40,279 nucleotides of DNA from the IMG/VR virus record IMGVR_UViG_3300028584_001240; one strand, written 5' to 3'. Both the position numbers and the translations under genes were made by a program. Source of the stretch: a virus (lineage: Duplodnaviria; Heunggongvirae; Uroviricota; Caudoviricetes). Each line of letters begins with the position of its first letter. The first letter of the stretch is position 1. The notes under the pieces are model-generated. The model did no database searches. It was not told the DNA's origin and saw nothing but the letters and a program-made list of their open reading frames with translations. Below, in pieces: positions 1-8,897 of this stretch.

Positions 1-642
1 TTAAGGTTTGAATTTTTTAATGCTTTGTGACGTTTCAGGTTTATCTTCTATTTTAGGTGTTTGCGGTATGAAGATATTATTTAAATAGAATTTTAACTCC
101 TTAATGGATTCTTGAATATCATCAAGTCCTCTATGCGTGTTAGGCTTTTGAAGTTGAGCAGCAATCTCTGGATATTGTCTCCATGCTACTTCTTTAAAAC
201 TACTGACATCAAGTTTACGGTAGTGTAGGAACTTATCAAAAGTAGGCATTTGTGCCGTAATGAAGTTCTTATCAAATCCGACATTATTCCCACAAATAGG
301 ACTGGAACGTGGTGCAATATTAAAGTCTTTTACATAATCTAACATCATCTTTTCAGCCATAGCCAAAGAAAATGGAGAATGCTTAACCTTCTCAAGTAAT
401 CCATTTTTGCTATGCATATCTTTTACATAATCACTCATCAACGCCAATACATCAGATTCTTTATGATGAATAACAATTTCAAAGCCTTTATCAATGATAT
501 TATAGTTGGCGTCAGTTATATGCATTCCGACTTCAAGTATTTTGTGAGTGTGAACACCATTCAGATTGTCATCTTCATCAAGACCTGTGGTTTCCAAATC
601 AATCCAAATCAGCAAATCTTTGCGAAGTTCAATAGGTTCCAT
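1..642 (-). CDS. orn: Oligoribonuclease (DEDDh 3'-5' exoribonuclease, Orn family)
   Basis: Orn-type motifs LIWIDLETTGLD, ICGNNVGFDKNF, FLHYRKLDVSS, HRGLDDIQESIKELKFY. Confidence 0.92.
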   Translation of the reverse strand: MEPIELRKDLLIWIDLETTGLDEDDNLNGVHTHKILEVGMHITDANYNIIDKGFEIVIHHKESDVLALMSDYVKDMHSKNGLLEKVKHSPFSLAMAEKMMLDYVKDFNIAPRSSPICGNNVGFDKNFITAQMPTFDKFLHYRKLDVSSFKEVAWRQYPEIAAQLQKPNTHRGLDDIQESIKELKFYLNNIFIPQTPKIEDKPETSQSIKKFKP

Positions 643-705
643 CTTAAAATCTCATGTTTAATATACTAATTTTAGCATAAAAAATAAATATTAAAATAAT
701 GAAAC

Positions 706-1227
706 CTATTTTTTATCCAAATGGTCATAAAGAATGAATTCAGCTCGTTCTATGGCGTCTTTAACTTCTGTTTTAATGCCCTCTGAGTGGCTGTCTAGAA
801 TTATTCGACTCTCCACAAAGCCAATAGAATGCTCAACGGCCTTATCATTCCTTAATGCAATAGCTTCTTCAATGGTTAAATGCGTTAAATCGTCTAATTT
901 AATGCCATAAGGCTGTAACTCTTCGGCTTTCGTTAAAAAAGTTTTGGTATTATTGATGTAATAACAAGGTAAAGATTGACCAGAAGTCACATGAAGTTCG
1001 GGCACTCCATAAGCTTCGGTGAGTTTAAAGACAATAAAGTCCATGACAATTTGAGGATCTTCGCCTAGCATCCCATAAGGAATAGACAATACATTTTTAA
1101 GGTTAAAACACTCATTGTCTTTTTCCAGTAATGAAGCTCGTTCTTTCGCTTTATTGACTTTAAAGATACCAAGGATTTTCTTGACAGGGGCATTTTCTTT
1201 TAACTGTATCTTAACCACACATTCCAT
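706..1227 (-). CDS. Hypothetical protein
   Basis: Open frame. GGAG 7 nt upstream of ATG at 1227 (MECVVKIQ), and TTGATA...TGTTATATT promoter-like sequence upstream. Confidence 0.7.
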   Translation of the reverse strand: MECVVKIQLKENAPVKKILGIFKVNKAKERASLLEKDNECFNLKNVLSIPYGMLGEDPQIVMDFIVFKLTEAYGVPELHVTSGQSLPCYYINNTKTFLTKAEELQPYGIKLDDLTHLTIEEAIALRNDKAVEHSIGFVESRIILDSHSEGIKTEVKDAIERAEFILYDHLDKK

Positions 1228-1377
1228 AATCATTCTCCACAATATAACAAGTCTCAATATAGTATCAAATATAATTAAATAATCCAGTTTTTTCTTTGTA
1301 AAAATTGACTTTTCTATTCCTTAAGGTATATTTCTTTGCAAAAGGAGATGTTTGAATTTAACTATGCCAATGGTGAT

Positions 1378-1542
1378 ATGACTAAAAATGATGAAAATAT
1401 AACAAGAATACAAAAAGATTACATTAAACAAAAATTTAGAAAAGAGCTTATTGCATTAGGCTATGAAGAAGATAAACCATTCTTTTCATTTCTAGCAGAA
1501 GATAATCTCAACAGAAATGTTTATACCAAAGATAAGAGTATT
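1378..1542 (+). pseudogene. 5' part of a small gene interrupted by the TnpB element
   Basis: Frame MTKNDENIT...YTKDKSI runs into the element end. Removing 1543-3463 rejoins it in frame with 3464-3616. The start could alternatively be 1348. Confidence 0.75.
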
Positions 1543-1700
1543 ATGAACTACCCCGCCCTGAAGGACGGAGTTTCTTTATATTATAGCAAGCTGTTGGTCG
1601 CTGACGTTCATTATCAGCAGACTACCATCATACCAATCCGTCAGCAACCCTTTAACAGCTTGCCTTTTGACTGCTCTTGCTACATATTGACCCTTTTCTA
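1543..1700 (-). ncRNA. Predicted omega/reRNA scaffold of TnpB overlapping the tnpB 3' end and right end (5' boundary uncertain)
   Basis: Nested inverted repeats GCAAGCTGTT(1586-1595)/AACAGCTTGC(1654-1663) and GCTGACG(1600-1606)/CGTCAGC(1639-1645), followed by the right-end hairpin. The position matches known TnpB guide scaffolds. Confidence 0.62.
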
Positions 1701-3318
1701 ATGTATGTAACGAATCTCTAGAAACTTTCGTCCAGATCCTATCATAGATGTTCCGACTTGCGTTTTTATCCGCATCACCTATGAATCCACAAACTAAACA
1801 TTCAAAGTTTCTTCCATTGCGACTTGTGTGTTCTACACACTTGCAATTTGAGCAAGTCTTTGATGTATAACTTGGTGTGGTTACATGCACTCTTATTCCA
1901 CGATGATTAGCTTGTTCTTTAAACCAAGTTTTGATACTTGATAATCTTAACAAGCGAATCATTTTGGAATATTTGATATTCAATCCTTTGTCAATGATGT
2001 GTGAAGCTACACATTGACTAAGATCTAAATCTTCTAAAACAATATCTTCGATACCGTTATTTATAAATTGTGTAATAATTTCGGAGATGAGTTTTTTGAA
2101 ATAAAACTCAACACCCCTAAGTAATTTGCCTAATTCGGCTGTTTGTAAAGCATTGAGATTATTATATCCACGTTTGTTGAATTCAAGTAGTTTATTAACG
2201 ACTTGTTCAACATACGTTCTATCATAATCAATCATTTCTTCTCTGTCATGATAAGCAATCGTACAGAAGTTTGAAGCAACGTTTAAATCTATACCACATA
2301 GTTTCTGTTTATGAATAACGCTATTTTTAGCGAGTGGTTTAAAATATTCATGTTGGTCATCATAGGTTAAACCAATATTAACTCTACCATTTTCGCTCAA
2401 TTTTACATAATGAATAGTATCAAGAGAAATGTTTTTGAATTTCTTATGATAAGCAGAATTGTAGGCCAATGGAATATTAATAGAATCTTTACCAAGTTTG
2501 AAACAGTACCAATACTTATGTCTTAATTCATCATTTTTATAGACATAAGATATTTGTGTTTTTCCGATTCGAGGAATCTTCATGTAAGACCCAGTAGAAT
2601 ACTCAATAAGTTTCACTTTTTGAACTATTCGATCTTTTTTATTAAGAACAAGTTGTTTAAGTCTCGGCCAATATTTAGATTGACGGACTTGTTGAATTTC
2701 TTTATTAAAAGCTTCAATCTTTTTTATTTTCGCTTGATAGAGTGGTGTAGCTTGAATGTCTTCTTTCACGACAGGAAAAGACTTTAAAGCAGAATCAAGC
2801 ATGGAATCATCACAATAGAGTAAGAAATTCAAGACTCTAATAAATGGAGTGTTAGAAGTAAACTCTATTTTCATAGATTTTACATCACCATTTTTAATAA
2901 TCTTACCATTTTTCAATGTGAGATTCTTTTTATAATATTCAAAAGAAATAGAATTATTGTTTTTTATGCCTTCTTTAATACCATTCTCTTGAATTTTAAA
3001 AGATTGATTTTTAATAAGTGTATCAATGGCGTTTGAGTAAAAATCAACTGTTTGTTGAAATATTTTTTGAATTTCCCAAGAATAGAGTTGGTTGTGCTTA
3101 AAATCTTTAAAGTGAGTGAGAAGAATTTTTTTAGATTCTCGATCTAGCAACATTCTTAGATGATTGAAAATATGTCGAGATATTTTGTTTTTGAATTTTT
3201 TAACTCGTTTGAAGTGATTTTTAAGGATCGTCTTTTTGTCTTCGTTCATTGAAGAGTGAGAAGAAATACGTTTAGCGATGAGATTAGTGTCAGCATTTTT
3301 AGTAGAACCGAAAGACAT
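1576..3318 (-). CDS. tnpB: RNA-guided endonuclease TnpB, unusually long (580 aa)
   Basis: RuvC-I CGIDLN, RuvC-II IVLEDL, zinc finger TSKTCSNC...FECLVCG, RuvC-III DADKNASRNI; the D-E-D triad is intact. SD AAGGA and a TTGATT...TGTTATTAT promoter lie inside the left end. Confidence 0.9.
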   Translation of the reverse strand: MSFGSTKNADTNLIAKRISSHSSMNEDKKTILKNHFKRVKKFKNKISRHIFNHLRMLLDRESKKILLTHFKDFKHNQLYSWEIQKIFQQTVDFYSNAIDTLIKNQSFKIQENGIKEGIKNNNSISFEYYKKNLTLKNGKIIKNGDVKSMKIEFTSNTPFIRVLNFLLYCDDSMLDSALKSFPVVKEDIQATPLYQAKIKKIEAFNKEIQQVRQSKYWPRLKQLVLNKKDRIVQKVKLIEYSTGSYMKIPRIGKTQISYVYKNDELRHKYWYCFKLGKDSINIPLAYNSAYHKKFKNISLDTIHYVKLSENGRVNIGLTYDDQHEYFKPLAKNSVIHKQKLCGIDLNVASNFCTIAYHDREEMIDYDRTYVEQVVNKLLEFNKRGYNNLNALQTAELGKLLRGVEFYFKKLISEIITQFINNGIEDIVLEDLDLSQCVASHIIDKGLNIKYSKMIRLLRLSSIKTWFKEQANHRGIRVHVTTPSYTSKTCSNCKCVEHTSRNGRNFECLVCGFIGDADKNASRNIYDRIWTKVSRDSLHTLEKGQYVARAVKRQAVKGLLTDWYDGSLLIMNVSDQQLAII

Positions 3319-3463
3319 AGTAATCCTTAAAAGTTATTGGGATAATAACATAGGAATGAAGAAAAATCAAGGATTAATTACAGATATAGAGAAAGAGAAC
3401 AAGTAAAAATACTTATCCACCACCTGAAGGAAGTGGTTTTGTATTTTTTATATTGATTTCTAC

Positions 3464-3616
3464 ATGATAAAAGTGATTGATGACGGTCATGATAGTAACT
3501 ATATGGATTCTATTAATGTTTATTTTGAAAACAAAGAGGTGAATGACAACCTAAAAACTATTCAAGACATATAGAATGATGAAAAGTTTAAAGAATTACA
3601 AACAATGTTTAAATAA
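3464..3616 (+). pseudogene. 3' part of the interrupted gene, with an in-frame TAG at 3572-3574
   Basis: Reads MIKVIDDGHDSNYMD...IQDI*NDEKFKELQTMFK*. The final TAA abuts the RBS of the next gene. Confidence 0.7.
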
Positions 3617-3631
3617 AATGAGGATTTTAAA

Positions 3632-3949
3632 ATGAGCCAAGATATTAAAGATAAAGAAACATGTTTACATTTAGCAAAAGTTTTAAGCCTAACGTTAGGC
3701 CATAGTCGATCTGAACCACTGACGATAACCAGCCAAAGAACAGGTGTCATTATTGATGATGTGAGCTTCACAGGACAGTCAGCTTCTTTCTATTTTGGAG
3801 AAACACCTTATCCTTTTAATATCATAAAAGACAATGTTAAAGATTTTAACTACGCCAGAGTGGAAGTAATGAACACACTACAAGGAAATAAAATTTCTGA
3901 TTTTGTTGAATTTAAAGATGTGTCGTCATTGATATCAGTTGGCAAATAA
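3632..3949 (+). CDS. Hypothetical protein
   Basis: 105-aa ORF with GAGG SD. Confidence 0.7.
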   Translation: MSQDIKDKETCLHLAKVLSLTLGHSRSEPLTITSQRTGVIIDDVSFTGQSASFYFGETPYPFNIIKDNVKDFNYARVEVMNTLQGNKISDFVEFKDVSSLISVGK

Positions 3950-4124
3950 TAATACTAAAAAAGCACTTTGTGAATCCTTGATAATTTTAGAAGAAAAAGG
4001 ATTTCAAGTCAAACAACCACAGCTATCAACTAATAATAAAAAACTGTACATCACGCTTGTAAAATACGAAATTAAGGTTCAATTTGAAGTAAAAGCTGAA
4101 TTTTATAATTATTCAATGTTATAA
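3939..4124 (+). CDS. Small hypothetical protein
   Basis: 61-aa ORF overlapping the upstream stop, suggesting translational coupling; non-ATG start. Confidence 0.5.
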   Translation: MANNNTKKALCESLIILEEKGFQVKQPQLSTNNKKLYITLVKYEIKVQFEVKAEFYNYSML

Positions 4125-4133
4125 TATTAATTT

Positions 4134-4475
4134 TTATCTATTGTTTTTATCCATAATAATAGATTTTTCAATGTTATAATTGTCATCAATTTGCTTACGC
4201 AGTTCACTTATTAGAGTATCACATTGGGTTATGTTTTTTGTTTTTAAACATTCTCTATGTGCATAATTTAATGTGGTTAATTTAATTGAGCGTTGCTCAT
4301 TCAATGCATGTAAATCTGATGGATTATAAACGCTATACAAAAAACAAAAAAAATAAACAATCCCACAAAAAACAATAATGCCAATAATGACTTCATTAAT
4401 TTTATTAAATATGGGGTCAACTCTAGCATTAACAGTTTCGACTATTTCTTGCCTTGTTTTTTTCTCAATATTCAT
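4134..4475 (-). CDS. Hypothetical single-pass membrane protein
   Basis: Hydrophobic segment VIIGIIVFCGIVYFFCFLYSV. TTTACA...TGTTATAG promoter-like element upstream. Confidence 0.65.
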   Translation of the reverse strand: MNIEKKTRQEIVETVNARVDPIFNKINEVIIGIIVFCGIVYFFCFLYSVYNPSDLHALNEQRSIKLTTLNYAHRECLKTKNITQCDTLISELRKQIDDNYNIEKSIIMDKNNR

Positions 4476-4604
4476 AATTAAAATCCATGTCTAGTATTAT
4501 AAGTCTATAACATAAAAATAAATTGTAAATATATATAAATTAAAATAAATGTTTATTTTTATAACACTCTCTGGTAAAATTCTAACACTACAAGATGACA
4601 ACTC

Positions 4605-4737
4605 ATGAAAAACTGCTCAATTACTAGCTTTCCTTAACATGACAGGTAAGATCTGGACAAAAAGTATGCATGTGCCTTATGAAGAAGATTGTGAGGAAGC
4701 CTTTAATGTTCTGAAAGAAATGTTTAAGAAGTTTTAA
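4605..4737 (+). pseudogene. Internally deleted remnant of a paralog of the 11822-12508 gene
   Basis: MKNCSITS (cf. MKNCAITG) is fused out of frame to FLNMTGKIWTKSMHVPYEEDCEEAFNVLKEM (cf. FLNMVGKEWKKSMSVPYLEDCEDAFTLLKDM). Confidence 0.8.
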
Positions 4738-4767
4738 CGCTCTCATAGGAATAGTTAAGAAATAAAT

Positions 4768-4791
4768 AAAAAACCTCTTCGGAGGTTTTTT
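4768..4791. terminator. Intrinsic terminator (symmetric)
   Basis: AAAAAACCTC-TTCG-GAGGTTTTTT. Confidence 0.85.
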
Positions 4792-4822
4792 CTCTATTTA
4801 AATGGAAATTTCTAATATTTTA

Positions 4823-4831
4823 TGATACAAT
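4823..4831 (+). promoter_or_regulatory. Extended -10 sigma70 promoter (TG-A-TACAAT)
   Basis: The same TATGATACAAT motif recurs at 8863-8873 and 10799-10809 before other family members. Confidence 0.65.
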
Positions 4832-4856
4832 ATGGCAAATATCTGTGGAGAATGCC

Positions 4857-5774
4857 ATGTTTAAAATCTATCCAAATCATCTTGAAGTTAATGGTCTTTT
4901 GAATACGTTTCAAAACGATTTTAAATTCAGTGATTTCAAAGAAGAAAACTACGCTGACAGGCATGGTTATGTCTTTAAAACTGTATATGAAGCCACTTCA
5001 CAAGCAGGTCAACGGGATATTGAAGTGACATTCATGAACCCACTCAAAACACATAAAAATCAAACACAACAGAAACATAAGATTGCCAAGCTAGTCTTTG
5101 TTGATAATGAAGTACAAGTATTCCACTCTGACAAGATCAGAAATGATGTTAGAACTATTGTTCGTATGTTAGAAACCATGTACACACCTAATTTTGATAA
5201 AATTACTGAAATCATGGATTGGTTCATTGAAGTAGGAACCCAAGCTGGCGTTATTAACGTAGTCGATAAAAAATACTACAAAAAAAGCATGGAATCTCAT
5301 GTTTTATCTCATCATTATGACAAAAAAATTCACATGACAGACCAAAACATTGCAGATGTATATTTTAACAATGTCCTACAAAAAGGCGATGGAGTCCAGT
5401 CAAAGCATTTTAAGAAATCTTACATCAATGTGGATTTTATCTACTTGGTGCATTCTGATAACACAATGCACCCTTATTTTAAACTGCGGTTGCCATATTT
5501 TGAAAATAAGAAAATCAGTTGTGTTCTCTCGATGAAAGGAGATAAATGTTATTTCTTTTTGGATGATGGTCATTTAGACAAATACCACATTGACCAACAA
5601 ACACCAGAAGCATTGACTGAATGTAATATCAAAGACCTGTTCACACAACTCTTTGAGAAGCAAATCAAAAATACAATTTCTACTCGCTTGAAAATTAATA
5701 AAACAGATTTGAAAGATTTAAACATTAGTGACTTGAAAGAATATTTTGTTCTTGTTGAAATGGTGAACATTTAA
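4857..5774 (+). CDS. Paralog family A, copy 1 (unknown function)
   Basis: GGAG SD then ATG at 4857. Family motifs YxPNFD, FNNVLQKG, FKKSYINVDFIYLV, PYFKLRLPY; tail DLKEYFVLVEMVNI. Confidence 0.85.
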   Translation: MFKIYPNHLEVNGLLNTFQNDFKFSDFKEENYADRHGYVFKTVYEATSQAGQRDIEVTFMNPLKTHKNQTQQKHKIAKLVFVDNEVQVFHSDKIRNDVRTIVRMLETMYTPNFDKITEIMDWFIEVGTQAGVINVVDKKYYKKSMESHVLSHHYDKKIHMTDQNIADVYFNNVLQKGDGVQSKHFKKSYINVDFIYLVHSDNTMHPYFKLRLPYFENKKISCVLSMKGDKCYFFLDDGHLDKYHIDQQTPEALTECNIKDLFTQLFEKQIKNTISTRLKINKTDLKDLNISDLKEYFVLVEMVNI

Positions 5775-5810
5775 ACTTTTATCGTAATCAATAATTATTT
5801 GGAGCTATTT

Positions 5811-6719
5811 ATGTTTAAAAAATACAAAAATTGTGAAGAGGTTAATAAACTAGTTGAACAAGTTTCAACCACGTTTAATTTTATCACATTTTATGAAGAA
5901 AATCATAAAAGCTATGAGCGAGATATTGGCTCCACTATCTATAGTGCTAACACTGATGATAATTGGAAACTGGTTGTATCATTCAATAACCGTTTTCGAA
6001 GCAAACATGATCAAAAACATTATTATCCTGAAATTAGATTCGAACGCACTGTATCAGATTATCTGACGGCTATAAAACTAGACAAGGTGGCTGAACTCAC
6101 TGAACTATTTCAAAATAACTATGCTCCTGATTTTGATCAAGTTCGTAACCTTATTGATATTTTTATAAAACAAGGCATTGATAGTGGTATGTTTAATCAT
6201 GTGAAATTAAAAGATGAAACGCAACATATCAGCAACTACTTTGGTATGCACAAGTATTATAATAAGATATCATTTAATGACACTAATTATGCGACTGTCA
6301 TGTTAAATAAAGTGCTTCAAAAAAGTAATTGTTCTTTAGGTCGTTCATTCACGAAATCTTACATCAATATAGAAATCATTCACTTAGTCACATCAGATAA
6401 TGAATTGAAACCTTACTTTAAGATTCGACTGCCGTATTCAGCAACAAAGAAAGTGACCTGTATCATTCCATTGAGCAGAAGCTCTAAAATGTATATGGCC
6501 GAAACAGATAATGTGTTAAAAGAAAAATATGTGGACACCATTAAAGAAGAAGTATCAATGGACGACAAAGCTCTATCAGCATTCTTTGAAAAAGAACTAC
6601 AAAACGAAGTCAAGAACGTGATTGTGGGAGCATTAAAAATTAAGAAGTCTGAATTAGATGGTTTATCAAATGGTGAATTAAAAGAGTATTTTATTCTGGT
6701 TGAAATGGTTAATATCTAA
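5811..6719 (+). CDS. Paralog family A, copy 2
   Basis: Same motifs; tail ELKEYFILVEMVNI. Confidence 0.85.
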   Translation: MFKKYKNCEEVNKLVEQVSTTFNFITFYEENHKSYERDIGSTIYSANTDDNWKLVVSFNNRFRSKHDQKHYYPEIRFERTVSDYLTAIKLDKVAELTELFQNNYAPDFDQVRNLIDIFIKQGIDSGMFNHVKLKDETQHISNYFGMHKYYNKISFNDTNYATVMLNKVLQKSNCSLGRSFTKSYINIEIIHLVTSDNELKPYFKIRLPYSATKKVTCIIPLSRSSKMYMAETDNVLKEKYVDTIKEEVSMDDKALSAFFEKELQNEVKNVIVGALKIKKSELDGLSNGELKEYFILVEMVNI

Positions 6720-6802
6720 AATAGTCTATCAAATTAACCGTATACAATAGCATTTATTGTTTTTAATGTTATGATATTTATATTAATAATTTGGAGACTG
6801 TC

Positions 6803-7744
6803 TTGTTTGAAAAACACCATAATCATGAAGAAATAAATCAATTGGTTGAATCATTCAAACCGATATTGAATATTTCTGAATTCGCTGAATCAAAAAATAA
6901 GTGGCATGATTCAATAGCCTATGTGGCAACTACTGACGATAATTGGAGTATTACAGCAACGTTTGAAACAGATAAAACCAGAGGTGATGCTGCTAAATAT
7001 TATTACCCTGTTGTAGAATTTGAAAAAAACAGAAAACAAGATCATTCTGACTACAAAGGTGTTCAAAGACCATCAACACCTGATGAAGAAATCTCTAACA
7101 GACTACAAGCAGAAAAAATAATGGAACACTTTCAGAAAATATATAAACCTGATTTTAAAAGAGCTATGGAGATAATTGAAATCTATATTCAACAAGGTAT
7201 TAACACAGGTATCTATAATAACGTGAAAGTAGTGCCACATAATGGAGACGTTAGGACACAATTTTACAGGTATGAAAACACCCGTATTGGTTACAATAGG
7301 TTATTTTTTAACAGTAGGGTTGCTGCAAAAATAACTTTTAATAATGTGCTGCAAACATTACGAGCAAATGAAACGAAATTTAAAAAATCTCATTTAAGTA
7401 TAGATTTCTTGTATCTCGTTAGCAAAGACAATAAAATTAATCCATACTTCAAAATTAAATTGCCCTACTCATCACACAAAAAAATACACTGCATTCTTTC
7501 TTTTGATTGCTCAAAAATGTATTTTGTCAGTGAAGACAGTCATTTGAAAGAAGACTATATTGACAACCTTAAAGAACACCCAACTGATAATGCTTATTTA
7601 GAATCATTCTTTAAAGATAACTTTAAAAAAGAAATAATAAATGTTATTTCAAAAACATTAAAAATAAAAAGAACTGAATTGGTTAAAATGACCGATGATG
7701 AATTAAAAAGTCATTTCATTCTAATAGAAATGGTAAAGTTTTAA
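6803..7744 (+). CDS. Paralog family A, copy 3 (TTG start after GGAG)
   Basis: Same motifs; tail ELKSHFILIEMVKF. Confidence 0.82.
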   Translation: MFEKHHNHEEINQLVESFKPILNISEFAESKNKWHDSIAYVATTDDNWSITATFETDKTRGDAAKYYYPVVEFEKNRKQDHSDYKGVQRPSTPDEEISNRLQAEKIMEHFQKIYKPDFKRAMEIIEIYIQQGINTGIYNNVKVVPHNGDVRTQFYRYENTRIGYNRLFFNSRVAAKITFNNVLQTLRANETKFKKSHLSIDFLYLVSKDNKINPYFKIKLPYSSHKKIHCILSFDCSKMYFVSEDSHLKEDYIDNLKEHPTDNAYLESFFKDNFKKEIINVISKTLKIKRTELVKMTDDELKSHFILIEMVKF

Positions 7745-7872
7745 CTTAACTTTTATGAAACACAATAAAAGATCTTTAAAAAGGTCTTTATTAAAAAGCT
7801 CGTAATTTACATACGATGGTATTTGTTATTTTTCATGTTATGCTAATTGTATAACCTATATTGGAGTATAGA

Positions 7873-8796
7873 GTGTTTAAAAAATATGATTTTCATGTAG
7901 AAAGTAATAATTTAATTGAGCTATTCAAACCACTTTTAAATTTTGAAAAATTTACCGAAATTGATGCTGGTTTTGATGGGATAAATTATAGTGCTGAAGC
8001 CAGTGACAAATGGAGAATTGTCATCAATTTTCCACCTCGATTTGAGAAACATTGTTGGACTGTCGGAAAATCAGCATCTATTACATTCAAAAATTATGAG
8101 GAAAAATACCGTTATGTCACGTTAACCAACGATGGAGATCTCGATATTAAAAAAGATGAATTAACAGAAGAAGATCGAGCCATAGAAAATAAAAGAGTAG
8201 AAGAATTTATTAATTATTTCCATAAACTTTATAAACCTAATTTTGACAGAATGATAAATATTCTTGAAATTTTTACCAAGCAAGGTTTAGATTCTGGAAT
8301 ATTTCAAAAGATTACTCTAAAAAAATATGAAAGACATTCAAGAACACATATACATGGAGTTTATAATCCAATTTATGCAAGTATAAATTTTAATAACATT
8401 CTTCAAAGTTTAAGATCTGGTGAAACTAAGTATAAAAAATCTGTCATGTCAATAGATTTCATATATCTCGTAGGTAGTGATAAACAAATTATGCCCTATT
8501 TTAAAATTAGGCTCCCTTATACATCACATAAAAAAGTAAACTGTATTATATCTTTTGATTGTTCAAAAATGTATTTTACTAAAACTGATCATGAATTTCA
8601 ACTTAACTTCATTGATCATTTAGAAGCTCATCAAACGGATGATGAGTACTTAAATTTATATTTCAAAAACATTTTTAATATTGAGGTAATAAACTCAATT
8701 TCAAAAACCCTAAAAATGAAAAAAGCAGATCTAAAGAAGTTATCACAAGATGAATTAAAAGATTATTTTGTTATTGTTGATATGATTAAATTTTGA
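7873..8796 (+). CDS. Paralog family A, copy 4 (GTG start after GGAG)
   Basis: Same motifs; closest to copy 3 (LRxxETKxKKS, CIxSFDCSKMYF); tail ELKDYFVIVDMIKF. Confidence 0.82.
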   Translation: MFKKYDFHVESNNLIELFKPLLNFEKFTEIDAGFDGINYSAEASDKWRIVINFPPRFEKHCWTVGKSASITFKNYEEKYRYVTLTNDGDLDIKKDELTEEDRAIENKRVEEFINYFHKLYKPNFDRMINILEIFTKQGLDSGIFQKITLKKYERHSRTHIHGVYNPIYASINFNNILQSLRSGETKYKKSVMSIDFIYLVGSDKQIMPYFKIRLPYTSHKKVNCIISFDCSKMYFTKTDHEFQLNFIDHLEAHQTDDEYLNLYFKNIFNIEVINSISKTLKMKKADLKKLSQDELKDYFVIVDMIKF

Positions 8797-8803
8797 ATAA
8801 ATT

Positions 8804-8831
8804 AAAAGACCTTCCAAAAGGTCTTTTTTTT
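8804..8831 (+). terminator. Intrinsic terminator
   Basis: AAAAGACCTT-CCAA-AAGGTCTTTT plus T-run. A related hairpin follows copy 3 at ~7764-7792. Confidence 0.8.
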
Positions 8832-8897
8832 ATTGTAAAAACAATAGCAATCAATATTTATTTATGATACAATTATTAAATATTTTTGGAGTCTATT

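Larger units (their letters stand above)
1543..3463 (-). mobile_element. Non-autonomous IS200/IS605-family (IS1341-like) element carrying only tnpB
   Basis: Related subterminal hairpins in direct orientation (ccccgccctgaaggacggag at ~1551-1570; ccaccacctgaaggaagtgg at ~3418-3436). ATGA (TCAT on minus) occurs at both junctions (1543-1546, 3464-3467). Excision restores an in-frame ORF. No tnpA inside. Confidence 0.88.

Noticed and set aside
1336-1701. ORF-track 121-aa protein as an intact gene
   Set aside because: It is a chimera: after KDKSI it reads through the element's right end on the opposite strand to tnpB.
3319-3463. IStron (group I intron plus TnpB)
   Set aside because: The left end is only ~145 nt, too short for a group I ribozyme, and the element is antisense to the interrupted gene.
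3572-3574. TAG stop-codon reassignment suggested by an in-frame TAG
   Set aside because: TAG is a true stop elsewhere: the 21978 gene ends SMYLI-TAG exactly where its paralog ends with TAA, and the 33145 gene ends at its conserved tail. Long ORFs are intact in code 11 and no CUA-anticodon tRNA is present.
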